Shown: positions 26,430 to 33,886 of the stretch, piece after piece
Layout: each line of letters opens with the position of its first letter
Position numbering within the stretch: position 1 is the stretch's first letter
Source: a virus
Virus record (IMG/VR): IMGVR_UViG_3300045988_057146
Span: 1 to 37,499 of that record
Strand: one strand, 5' to 3'
DNA length: 37,499 nucleotides
Notes under the pieces: generated by a model
Told to the model about the DNA's origin: nothing
Seen by the model: the letters and a program-made list of their open reading frames with translations, nothing else
Database searches by the model: none
Program-made: the position numbers and the translations under genes

Positions 26430-26654
26430 TTAATAGCCTTCTTTCAATCCTGTATTGTCAATTGATTCAAGCTTCTTTTCTAGTTCATGTTTCTGATATT
26501 CAAGCGTTCTGATTCTTCTTCTGTATTCTTCATACTTGAAGATACATTTAGTCGATTTGTCTTGTTCTTCCTGAATCCTTTTTCCTACCATTAGGCTATA
26601 TAGAAGAAGTGTTGCACCACTTCCACATATAGCTCCACAAATCCAATTAATCAT
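26430..26654 (-). CDS. Small membrane-anchored coiled-coil protein
   Basis: N-terminal TM helix (WICGAICGSGATLLLYSLMV). AAAGGGGA precedes the ATG. Confidence 0.5.
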   Translation of the reverse strand: MINWICGAICGSGATLLLYSLMVGKRIQEEQDKSTKCIFKYEEYRRRIRTLEYQKHELEKKLESIDNTGLKEGY

Positions 26655-26666
26655 CTAATCCCCTTT

Positions 26667-27407
26667 CTACGCTCCAAATAGTTGTGCTCTAAGCCTATTA
26701 AATTCATCTTGGACTTCTTTATCTGTCTTTGTGTTCTGCTCTGCATAAAACTTTGAATCAAGTGTGATAGGCTTATCTTTATTTCTTTTGGTCCATTCAT
26801 CATGTACCCATTTTTGAATCACTAGTGAATGGTTTTTGTATTTTTTTCCACTCGTTTCAATATATTCATCTAATATCTTTATATGCTCATCTAATGAATC
26901 ACCATATAAATCTAATAGGTGTGTGTGTTCTTTATCTGTAAGTAACACGTGTGAATATTCTCCATATTTATGTTTACTTTGTTTATTAGTATTTAATTTA
27001 TTAGTATTTGGTTTATTAGTATCTTTATAAGTGTAGGGGTTTTCAAGTACTTGAGTTTCAACACCTTGCTTTTCAATACCTTGATTTTCAAGGGGTTGAA
27101 AATCCACCTCTTGAGGATTCTCAAAGAATGTATATTGATATTGAATTCTATTGCTATTTGCGTTCGGATATATCTTCTCTACTCTTAAATATCCATTCTT
27201 TTTTAATTCCTTAATTGCACTTTCAACTGAATCTTTCCCATCTTTTACAATTCCAACTAATCCATTTACTGTATAATGCCATTCTTCCGGTAAACCAAGA
27301 ACAACACTTAACAAGCCTATTGCTTTAAGTGATAAGCGTTTATCTTTTAAATGTGTATTGCTCATCACTGTATAGTTTCTGTTCTTAATAACTCTAATTA
27401 CTGCTAT
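26667..27407 (-). CDS. Replication initiator / replisome organiser (winged-helix N-terminus, DnaD-like C-terminus)
   Basis: NYTVMSNTHLKDKRLSLKAIGLLSVVL... is an N-terminal wHTH, and the gene contains internal iterons. The TTG at 27422 lacks an SD. ATA 27407-27405 lies 8 nt after GGAGG. Confidence 0.6.
   Translation of the reverse strand: MAVIRVIKNRNYTVMSNTHLKDKRLSLKAIGLLSVVLGLPEEWHYTVNGLVGIVKDGKDSVESAIKELKKNGYLRVEKIYPNANSNRIQYQYTFFENPQEVDFQPLENQGIEKQGVETQVLENPYTYKDTNKPNTNKLNTNKQSKHKYGEYSHVLLTDKEHTHLLDLYGDSLDEHIKILDEYIETSGKKYKNHSLVIQKWVHDEWTKRNKDKPITLDSKFYAEQNTKTDKEVQDEFNRLRAQLFGA
26982..27099. repeat. Two sets of 15-bp-phased iterons (candidate origin) inside the initiator gene
   Basis: Three copies of TTTATTAGTAT(TT) at 26982, 26997 and 27012. 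Four copies of TTTTCAAnACCTTGA-like units at 27040, 27055, 27070 and 27085. Confidence 0.65.
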
Positions 27408-27753
27408 TTTGCTCACCTCCAAGCACTACGACTTGTTTTAGGATTTCATCAATAATCTTGTCGGTGTATTCTATATAACATTTAATTCTTTCATCACTAA
27501 AATATCCGTCAATTTTGCGCAATGCTTTATATATTGCAATTATTCTTTCTTTGTTTAATCCTTCTTTTGTGTAGCTATTGCACTCATGTAATCTATACAT
27601 GAATTCCTCTGTAATGTCATAACAAGTACACATTTCTTCATACACGCCAATTGCGTTCGTATCTTCTTCGGTTTCTGCAATTAAGTAAAATGAATTAAAT
27701 TCATCAAAGTAAACTTGCTTTGCTACGTTTACTGCCATTTCTTGTTCTCTCAT
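27394..27753 (-). CDS. Hypothetical early protein
   Basis: ATGA overlap with the RusA stop. Confidence 0.5.
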   Translation of the reverse strand: MREQEMAVNVAKQVYFDEFNSFYLIAETEEDTNAIGVYEEMCTCYDITEEFMYRLHECNSYTKEGLNKERIIAIYKALRKIDGYFSDERIKCYIEYTDKIIDEILKQVVVLGGEQNSSN

Positions 27754-28118
27754 AATATTTCTACCTCTATCCTTGGATTTTCTTTATCGGTAAATACTGT
27801 ATGATTCACTTGATTAATGTATTTTCTTGAATCATCTTCAAGTATTCCCGTTCTAACTAATGAATCTTGAATGAATTTAGTTGCGAATGTGATATTGTCT
27901 ATATCTCTTCTGTTATCCGGCTCATACCAATTAATATTTAATTTAATTGGGTAGTTCTTGACTTCGTAAACTTCACCGAAATTCACTGCCTGTAAGATAT
28001 AAGCCATTACAAGACGCTCGTTCTTTTTCACCATTTCTGCTCCCTTGTAACGATTAGCTCGGCAAGCTCTAATATATTCATTCAATCCATCTAATTTTCC
28101 TTTAATAACAAACTTTAT
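27750..28118 (-). CDS. rusA: RusA-family Holliday junction resolvase
   Basis: RRDIDNITFATKFIQDSLVRTGILEDD motif. The frame is open 11 codons upstream of the TTG at 28085. (ATA)KFVIKGKLDGLNEYIRACRANRYKGA is the typical Gram-positive RusA N-terminus. ATA 28118-28116 overlaps the upstream TAA stop and lies 7 nt after GGGGG. Confidence 0.75.
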   Translation of the reverse strand: MKFVIKGKLDGLNEYIRACRANRYKGAEMVKKNERLVMAYILQAVNFGEVYEVKNYPIKLNINWYEPDNRRDIDNITFATKFIQDSLVRTGILEDDSRKYINQVNHTVFTDKENPRIEVEIL

Positions 28119-28654
28119 TTTTCTTCCCCCTTAATTCCTTTATCTAAATAATATTGAGTACTGATTCCTAATTGCTCTGCATAATCTAATATGCAATCAA
28201 TTAACACTCCCATTTGTTTTGTATCCATTTGTGAGCTACCTAGAAACAATCTACAATTCACAAATTCATTTCCGTTATCTCTTATCTCAGTACCCAATAT
28301 TTGCACTGCCCTAACTCCATGAGCTTGAGCCAACGAATCAACACCATCTTTCAAAACTGAAACATATGTATATAAAGCTTTAGCCATTCTCAAAAACTCA
28401 CAATACATATCCCATGTATCGTTATAACTAGCGTTTTCGTTTTCGCTTATTTCCTTGATTAATGCCCACATAAGCCGATTCTGATTATTCGTACGTAAAT
28501 GTTTAACAGAATCTATAATCACGCTATATGCCCCTTTTTCGAGTGTCTGAGCGTATGATTCGTATATTGGCTCAGTTAATTCAAATGTTATTTCTAGGTT
28601 TCCATCTTCATTTCTTGATTTTCTTAAGTAATTGCCAATCAACTTTGTTTTCAA
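28115..28654 (-). CDS. NinB/Orf-like recombination protein
   Basis: RTNNQNRLMWALIKEIS resembles the RSxxQNxxxW motif of NinB. The TTG start forms a TTGA overlap with the upstream stop. Confidence 0.45.
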   Translation of the reverse strand: MKTKLIGNYLRKSRNEDGNLEITFELTEPIYESYAQTLEKGAYSVIIDSVKHLRTNNQNRLMWALIKEISENENASYNDTWDMYCEFLRMAKALYTYVSVLKDGVDSLAQAHGVRAVQILGTEIRDNGNEFVNCRLFLGSSQMDTKQMGVLIDCILDYAEQLGISTQYYLDKGIKGEEK

Positions 28655-28881
28655 AATCTCATTCGCTCCATTTCTTCAAATTTCTGAAGTCTGAAAAGTT
28701 TTTTCTGTTCTTCTGTAATTCCCAATTCTTCCATTTTTTTTACATCCGTCCATGAATCTTGGTATGGATTAAAGTTTTCATCCATAATATAGTTTTCAAG
28801 CTCTTCAATCCTTTTAGCTTGCGAAAAATAGATTTCTCTAGGATATGTTTCTTGGTCCGTGATAACATTGTATGAATGCAT
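28651..28881 (-). CDS. Hypothetical early protein
   Basis: ATG lies 5 nt after AGGAGG. Confidence 0.5.
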   Translation of the reverse strand: MHSYNVITDQETYPREIYFSQAKRIEELENYIMDENFNPYQDSWTDVKKMEELGITEEQKKLFRLQKFEEMERMRF

Positions 28882-28890
28882 ATTTACCTC

Positions 28891-29187
28891 CTATAGATAA
28901 TTCTTATGGAATATATCCATAAACTCCTTTCTTGTGTGCTCTTTCTCAAATGCCTGTTGGCATTCCTTTTTAAGTTTCATGTCTAATTTGTGGCTGAAAT
29001 GTACTCCTTCACTGCTCATGTTGTGATGTCTAGCACATAATCTTACATAGCAACCATGCTCAATTGATTTCTTTCTATTAGCATTTCCAAAGTAAATTTC
29101 ATGTGTATGTAAATCTAAAGTTGAACCACATACATAGCACCTAGACATATCACTTTGAAGTATTGACTTATCTCGTTTTATTTCCAA
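28891..29187 (-). CDS. Zn-binding (HNH/DUF968-like) protein
   Basis: CYVCGS...HTHEIYFG...CARHH motifs. The start is ambiguous: TTG 29187, or ATA 29181 overlapping the upstream TAA. Confidence 0.45.
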   Translation of the reverse strand: MEIKRDKSILQSDMSRCYVCGSTLDLHTHEIYFGNANRKKSIEHGCYVRLCARHHNMSSEGVHFSHKLDMKLKKECQQAFEKEHTRKEFMDIFHKNYL

Positions 29188-29483
29188 GTTACCTTAACAC
29201 TAGATTTAACTTGTGTTTCCTTAGATAATTGGTGCATAAGACCTAATTCGTTCACTAATTTTGTATCAATAGTTGTTCTTGTGTATGGTTCTACATATGC
29301 AATTTTCACAACATCATTTTCAAATGATTTGATACCGTTCTTTTCCATTGCTTCTAAGATATTCTTCTTAATATCTTTTTCTAATTTGTCCATTTCCTTT
29401 TTGTATTCTTGAAATGATTTTAATTTGTTCAATGCTTCTTTTTGAATTTCAATTTGTCCATTTGTTACGTTTACTAATTCCAT
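29178..29483 (-). CDS. Hypothetical coiled-coil protein adjacent to erf
   Basis: Start trimmed to the ATG at 29483, after AAGGAGGAAAG. Confidence 0.5.
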   Translation of the reverse strand: MELVNVTNGQIEIQKEALNKLKSFQEYKKEMDKLEKDIKKNILEAMEKNGIKSFENDVVKIAYVEPYTRTTIDTKLVNELGLMHQLSKETQVKSSVKVTWK

Positions 29484-29496
29484 TTTTCTTTCCTCC

Positions 29497-30159
29497 TTAC
29501 GCTTTCGCATTTTCTTTGTAAACAGCTCCGTATGCTTTAATTAATGCCACTAGACCGTTTCCGTTTAGGTTAGCAATATCTTGTGATGTGATTTTATATT
29601 CTGCTTTTAAATGCTCACAAAATGCTTCTGAATGGGTGTCGATTCCTAGCTTTTGCAATTCATTTTGTGCCTTGAAACATCTCATACGAATTTCATCTAG
29701 CTTTGCATTGTTTTCTTGTTTTTTAGGTTGGCTTTTGGCACTTTGAATGACTTGATGTTGTTCATCTGTATCCGCATCTTTTATATCATCTAGATTGAAC
29801 AATCCATTCAGTGCATACTTTCTTGCATATGAACTGCAAGCTCCTGTAACTTGCGATGCATCCATTTTCTTTTTGCTTTCTTCTTCTCTAGCCATTGCTT
29901 TAACTTCTACCGTTGCAATCGAATCCCAATCCGTTAATATTGCATGAGCTACTACATAGAATCTGTTTTCTAGACAACTTACCTCATCAGTTAGAATCAG
30001 TGTAGTTCTATATTTCATGCATAATTTTTTTGCTTCTGCCAAAATATCCTCTGCCGAACGATAATTGTATTCCCCAAATTTGTTGTACTGATTCTTTCCT
30101 ACTTTCATTTCATTCTGAATTAATGAAAGTTTCTCATAAATGCTTTTCTTTTCTTCCAT
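29497..30159 (-). CDS. erf: ERF-family single-strand annealing protein
   Basis: YNYRSAEDILAEAKKL and GACSSYARKYALNGLF motifs are typical of ERF. Confidence 0.8.
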   Translation of the reverse strand: MEEKKSIYEKLSLIQNEMKVGKNQYNKFGEYNYRSAEDILAEAKKLCMKYRTTLILTDEVSCLENRFYVVAHAILTDWDSIATVEVKAMAREEESKKKMDASQVTGACSSYARKYALNGLFNLDDIKDADTDEQHQVIQSAKSQPKKQENNAKLDEIRMRCFKAQNELQKLGIDTHSEAFCEHLKAEYKITSQDIANLNGNGLVALIKAYGAVYKENAKA

Positions 30160-30259
30160 CTTCCGTTTCTCCTTTTAATCTGCTATAATGTATGTGTTCT
30201 TAATTTAAGAACGTCATTTCTTGTGTGTGCGTACTTTTTGTCGGGTGCGCACCTCTTTT

Positions 30260-30490
30260 TTATAGAAATAACATTGCATACGATTTACCCAAACAAGCTA
30301 TTGAAATAAGTAGAATCACGATTGTTGCGAATAACATAATGTTTATTCCGATTGTGATTCTTTTTTGATACCTTTGTTCTCTAATAAGTTCTTTTTCTTC
30401 CTTGCTTAAATGTATTCGTTTTGGATTAAATGGATAAATGTTCAATTCCACTTCTTCATCTTGAATACTGTTCATTCTTATATCTTCCAT
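30260..30490 (-). CDS. Small C-terminally membrane-anchored protein
   Basis: AGGAGA lies 5 nt before the ATG. The C-terminal TM helix is GINIMLFATIVILLISIACL. Confidence 0.5.
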   Translation of the reverse strand: MEDIRMNSIQDEEVELNIYPFNPKRIHLSKEEKELIREQRYQKRITIGINIMLFATIVILLISIACLGKSYAMLFL

Positions 30491-30492
30491 GT

Positions 30493-30744
30493 TTATCTCC
30501 TAAAGCTTTTTTTGAACTCAGGAGCACACTTCAAGAATGTTTCTGTAGGAATCACCTTTTGATGAATATTTCTTTGTGTAAACGAATCTTCCCATTCAGT
30601 TCCTGTTTCTTTTTTGTAAGCTTCTTTTACTGCCTTCATAATACTGTAGCAGTAGTTTTTTTTCGTTTGTGGCTTGTATCTATCTAAGTCATAAAGTGCG
30701 ATTATATCGTCTTTATTTAGAAGTGCCTTATATTCAATTATCAT
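30493..30744 (-). CDS. Hypothetical small early protein (possible DNA-binding)
   Basis: GGAGGTGA lies 6 nt before the ATG. A DUF3173-like impression only. Confidence 0.4.
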   Translation of the reverse strand: MIIEYKALLNKDDIIALYDLDRYKPQTKKNYCYSIMKAVKEAYKKETGTEWEDSFTQRNIHQKVIPTETFLKCAPEFKKSFRR

Positions 30745-30913
30745 ATTCGTTCACCTCCATTCTAGATTCGCAAGTGTTAATTTGATTTACTTCTTGTAAA
30801 TCTCTCACATTCAGTTGATTAGCAATTTTTTTTGCTTCTTCACTATCATGTGCTTCAACTTCGAACGTAACATTTGCAGTTACGTCGAAGGTTACGAAAT
30901 ATGTTCTAGTCAT
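30734..30913 (-). CDS. Hypothetical small protein (59 aa)
   Basis: Start trimmed to the ATG at 30913, after AAGAGGTGA. Confidence 0.45.
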   Translation of the reverse strand: MTRTYFVTFDVTANVTFEVEAHDSEEAKKIANQLNVRDLQEVNQINTCESRMEVNEYDN

Positions 30914-31034
30914 GCTTCTCACCTCTTTTCGATTCATCTAAGATACAAGCGATATATCCTAGATAAAATTCTGAAAGCTCATAGCCTTTCTTTTGTAGTT
31001 CGCCTAAGGCTTCAAAAATTCTCTTGTCTAGTAT
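30906..31034 (-). CDS. Possible 42-aa ORF starting at ATA just downstream of the ribozyme
   Basis: GGAGGTGA, then 4 nt, then ATA 31034-31032. Translation (M)LDKRIFEALGELQKKGYELSEFYLGYIACILDESKRGEKHD. No in-frame ATG/GTG/TTG is available. Confidence 0.3.
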   Translation of the reverse strand: MLDKRIFEALGELQKKGYELSEFYLGYIACILDESKRGEKHD

Positions 31035-31046
31035 TGTTTCACCTCC

Positions 31047-31118
31047 ATGACCTGTCTCATCAGTGCTAGTAGGTCGTCTCTAGCAGACTAGCCTATTGGC
31101 TAGTTTCGACTAATTCAT
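31047..31118 (-). ncRNA. Hammerhead ribozyme, type II topology
   Basis: Minus strand reads GUC-GAA-[ACUAGCC AAUA GGCUAGU]-C(cut)-[UGCUAG ...10 nt... CUAGCA]-CUGAUGA-GAC. All core nucleotides are present: C3-A9, G12-A14, A15.1:U16.1 and C17. Helix III is 7 bp, helix I is 6 bp, and helix II is 3 bp plus a possible AUGA/UCAU extension. Confidence 0.75.
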
Positions 31119-31391
31119 AAATGGTTCTGCATTTTGATTGATTCGCTCAACTTGATTCAATTTGAATAAGTAAGCTTTTGCTAAGAAGAAATTGTTCTCA
31201 ACTTTTTCTTCACCATTTGTGTCTGTGTACTTTTTGGCTTTAGGTTTCCATAACTTTGTACAAGTTACTGCATGCTCACCTTTCTTAACTTTGAATCCCA
31301 TTTCTTTCCATTTTTGGAAAGTGTGGAGAGGTTCAAACTCTCCCATTCCTAATGCCTTTTTTTCATTTTGGATAATTTGTTCGTTTCTCAT
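31110..31391 (-). CDS. First early gene; small protein with an ArdC-N-like ssDNA-binding motif
   Basis: Start trimmed to the ATG at 31391, 8 nt after GGAGGA. HTFQKWKEMGFKVKKGEHA resembles the TFxQAxxLGGxVRKGEKG motif of ArdC-N/DUF1738 (from memory; weak). Confidence 0.4.
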   Translation of the reverse strand: MRNEQIIQNEKKALGMGEFEPLHTFQKWKEMGFKVKKGEHAVTCTKLWKPKAKKYTDTNGEEKVENNFFLAKAYLFKLNQVERINQNAEPFMN

Positions 31392-31409
31392 TTCTTGTAT
31401 CCTCCGTTT

Positions 31410-31446
31410 AGTACTCATTTGTACTTTACGAGTACATTATAGTACT
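31410..31446. promoter_or_regulatory. Two operator palindromes AGTAC-N6-GTACT
   Basis: AGTACTCATTTGTACT (31410-31425) and AGTACATTATAGTACT (31431-31446) are spaced 21 bp centre to centre. The second overlaps the -10 of the leftward early promoter. Confidence 0.65.
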
Positions 31447-31464
31447 TTTGAATGACATTATCAA
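31436..31464 (-). promoter_or_regulatory. Early (lytic) promoter
   Basis: Minus strand has TTGATA (31464-31459), a 17-nt spacer, then TATAAT (31441-31436). Confidence 0.65.
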
Positions 31465-31483
31465 GTGTTTTTTGTCCTTTTAA

Positions 31484-31511
31484 TTTACAAGTTTATTCTT
31501 TGTGATATTAT
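31484..31511 (+). promoter_or_regulatory. Repressor promoter
   Basis: TTTACA (31484-31489), a 16-nt spacer, then TATTAT (31506-31511) with TG at 31503-31504 as an extended -10. Confidence 0.5.
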
Positions 31512-31533
31512 GAATATAGAGGAGGTAAAAAAT

Positions 31534-31908
31534 TTGACTATAGGTGAAAGAATAAATGCGATTAGGTCTAGCTTGAACCTAAGCATGGAGAAATTCGGAA
31601 AGAAGATTGGTATAACTCGTAGTAGTGTCAATTCACTTGAAAAAGGTGTAAACAATCCTAGTGACCAAACAATCAAATTAATATGTAAAGAATATAATGT
31701 TGATTACTTTTGGTTAACTGAAGGTAAAGGCAATATGTTTCTAGAATTGCCGGATAACACTATTGATGAATTAATTGATGAATACCAAATTAACCCAAAT
31801 CAAAAGCCACTTATAAAGGCTTACTTAAAATCAAGCGAAGAAACGAAGGAAAGGTTATTAGATTTCATTTATGGAATCATTAAGGAATTAGACAATGAAA
31901 ATCAATAA
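31534..31908 (+). CDS. XRE-family (CI-like) repressor
   Basis: The TTG at 31534 lies 8 nt after GAGGAGG and gives MTIGERINAIRSSLNLSMEKFGKKIGITRSSVNSLEKG, a classic HTH_XRE. The longer track ORF is rejected. Confidence 0.8.
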   Translation: MTIGERINAIRSSLNLSMEKFGKKIGITRSSVNSLEKGVNNPSDQTIKLICKEYNVDYFWLTEGKGNMFLELPDNTIDELIDEYQINPNQKPLIKAYLKSSEETKERLLDFIYGIIKELDNENQ

Positions 31909-32500
31909 AAAAAGGCGATATTCAATCGCCGTTGCTTTAGTATTATGTTTAGGCTTATCTATGCCTGTAAATGTATATGCTTTTAGTAATGAAGTTCAGT
32001 ATTTAACTACATCAGAAGCAACTAAAGAATATAAAATTAAAAAGAAGGACATGAAAGCTCTTGTTAAGGTAATGAAAAAGCTAGGTGTTCCTAAGAAATT
32101 TATTGATATTACAGATTATAAAAAAGATGTATTTACTATAAATTATCTTGAAAATAGCTATACTGCTACCGTTAAAAAAGGAAAGGTAAAACTTGTTAAT
32201 CAAGGCGATTTCATTTTGTATAAAAAAGGTGAGGTATATCAAAAGATTACTAATGCATATATTACAAATTCAGATAAAATAGGTATTCATGAATCTGTAG
32301 AAAATGCAGTAAATGAAAATGTAGGGGCGCAATGTACATTCCAAGATTATAAAGAATGGGATTATAGAAGAGCCGAGAACACCTTTACAATTAGAGGACA
32401 AGCCGAAGCAAACGGAACTACATACAACTTTGAAGTGAGAGCTAGATGGGATAGAATGCACTCACACCCTATAACAATAGATTCGGTTACATTGCAATAA
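31895..32500 (+). CDS. Secreted / surface protein co-transcribed with the repressor
   Basis: Signal peptide MKINKKRRYSIAVALVLCLGLSMPVNVYA. It overlaps the repressor stop, and AAGGAA lies 7 nt upstream. Confidence 0.65.
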   Translation: MKINKKRRYSIAVALVLCLGLSMPVNVYAFSNEVQYLTTSEATKEYKIKKKDMKALVKVMKKLGVPKKFIDITDYKKDVFTINYLENSYTATVKKGKVKLVNQGDFILYKKGEVYQKITNAYITNSDKIGIHESVENAVNENVGAQCTFQDYKEWDYRRAENTFTIRGQAEANGTTYNFEVRARWDRMHSHPITIDSVTLQ

Positions 32501-32503
32501 AAA

Positions 32504-32527
32504 AGAGCGAAATTAATCGCTCTTTTC
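32504..32527 (+). terminator. Terminator hairpin after the secreted-protein gene
   Basis: AGAGCGA/TCGCTCT stem followed by TTT. Confidence 0.45.
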
Positions 32528-32641
32528 ATCTGTGGAATTTATCCAAATCCGTTGAGTATACTCATAAACTCTTGCCACTTCTTTTTCTTCTAATTCTTCT
32601 AACATTCTATTAATTAATACATACATTTCATACTTCGTCAT
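32513..32641 (-). CDS. Possible 42-aa acidic ORF downstream of int
   Basis: AAAGGGGGAAG lies 4 nt before the ATG at 32641. Translation MTKYEMYVLINRMLEELEEKEVARVYEYTQRIWINSTDEKSD. It is below the track cutoff. Confidence 0.3.
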   Translation of the reverse strand: MTKYEMYVLINRMLEELEEKEVARVYEYTQRIWINSTDEKSD

Positions 32642-32723
32642 GTGGCTTCCCCCTTTCCTTAGAATTAATAACTCTAACGTTATTACTTATCTAACTATTT
32701 TTCAAGGGTAATTTTTAGTGCCA

Positions 32724-33818
32724 CTATTTGTTTTTCTCCATAAATTTGACAATGCCTTTGTCTGCTTGTGGTAACCAATGAGCGTATACTGAAAGAACAG
32801 TATCAAGGTTATCACCTAATCTTTTCGCAATGTCATACACTGAGAAATTCACTGTTCCATCTGTAACCATATTATTAATCATGTAGCTTGCACATGAGTG
32901 TCTTAAATCGTGTATTCTTATAATAGGTATCTGCTCATTCCGTTGTAGCTTGATATTCGTTCTCTTAATCGTTTCATTCATTTCTTTTCTAACTGAGCTT
33001 CGATAAAAAGGAACTGTCATACCGAATATATAGTCATTATCATTTGCGTTCATATTCTCTTTAAAAGCTTTATATTCATTAGATAGAAACTTCGGCATAG
33101 TGATTAATCTATAACTGTTATTTGTTTTGGGTGTTGTAGCCTTTCTTAACGTGTCTGCCCATGTCTTTTGTATATTAATAGTATTGTTCACTAAATCAAT
33201 ATCCTTCCACTGTAAAGCTAATGTTTCACCTATTCTCATGCCCATGTAGAATTGATTCATAAATAATAAATGATATACAGGTTTATTTTCATTTGCTATG
33301 AATTTGTTAAACTGCTCAACAGTCCAATACATCATGTCTTTCTTTTTTTTGTTTGGGTCTTTCTTCAAATCAATTTTATTACATGGATTTGCTTGAATAT
33401 ATCCTTGTCTTACTGCATAGTTCAATACTGCTCTGAATTTGGTATAATAGTTAAGTACTGAATCAAATGACATTGATTTCATTAATTTATTAATAACTTT
33501 TTCTATATTGCTTGCAGTGAGCTTTTTAACTTCACACTCTCCTAGCTCATCTTCCCAAACTTTCAATATTGCTTTCTGCGTTAGGTATGTACTTTCCTTA
33601 ATCCTTTTTTCACTGTATACTTGATATGAATAAGATAGTTGATTAAATGTGATTGTCGCATTTGGTTCTTTTAGATTCTCTTTAAAAAGAATCTCGGCTT
33701 TTATAGCGTCCTTCTTTTTTTCAAAACCACGCTTCTTATATTGCTTGACCTTTCCATTCAATTTATATGAACCGTAATACATCCATTTGCCTGTTGTTTC
33801 ATCTTTCTTGACTGCCAT
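32724..33818 (-). CDS. int: Tyrosine recombinase / phage integrase
   Basis: The ATG at 33818 lies 6 nt after AAGAGGTG. The N-terminal arm-binding-like region is KDETTGKWMYYGSYKLNGKVKQYKKRGF. Also contains RIHDLRHSCAS and LSVYAHW (catalytic Tyr). Confidence 0.9.
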   Translation of the reverse strand: MAVKKDETTGKWMYYGSYKLNGKVKQYKKRGFEKKKDAIKAEILFKENLKEPNATITFNQLSYSYQVYSEKRIKESTYLTQKAILKVWEDELGECEVKKLTASNIEKVINKLMKSMSFDSVLNYYTKFRAVLNYAVRQGYIQANPCNKIDLKKDPNKKKKDMMYWTVEQFNKFIANENKPVYHLLFMNQFYMGMRIGETLALQWKDIDLVNNTINIQKTWADTLRKATTPKTNNSYRLITMPKFLSNEYKAFKENMNANDNDYIFGMTVPFYRSSVRKEMNETIKRTNIKLQRNEQIPIIRIHDLRHSCASYMINNMVTDGTVNFSVYDIAKRLGDNLDTVLSVYAHWLPQADKGIVKFMEKNK

Positions 33819-33886
33819 TTCTTGCACCTCTTTTTTATCATCATACACAAGAAAAAGGATAAAAAAAAGGCATAATTCATGAAAGA

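Noticed and set aside
26982-27099. Tandem repeats as a possible CRISPR array.
   Set aside because: The units are 15 bp with no spacers, lie inside a coding region, and match the iteron/ori pattern of initiator genes. No CRISPR-like repeat-spacer structure exists anywhere in the window.
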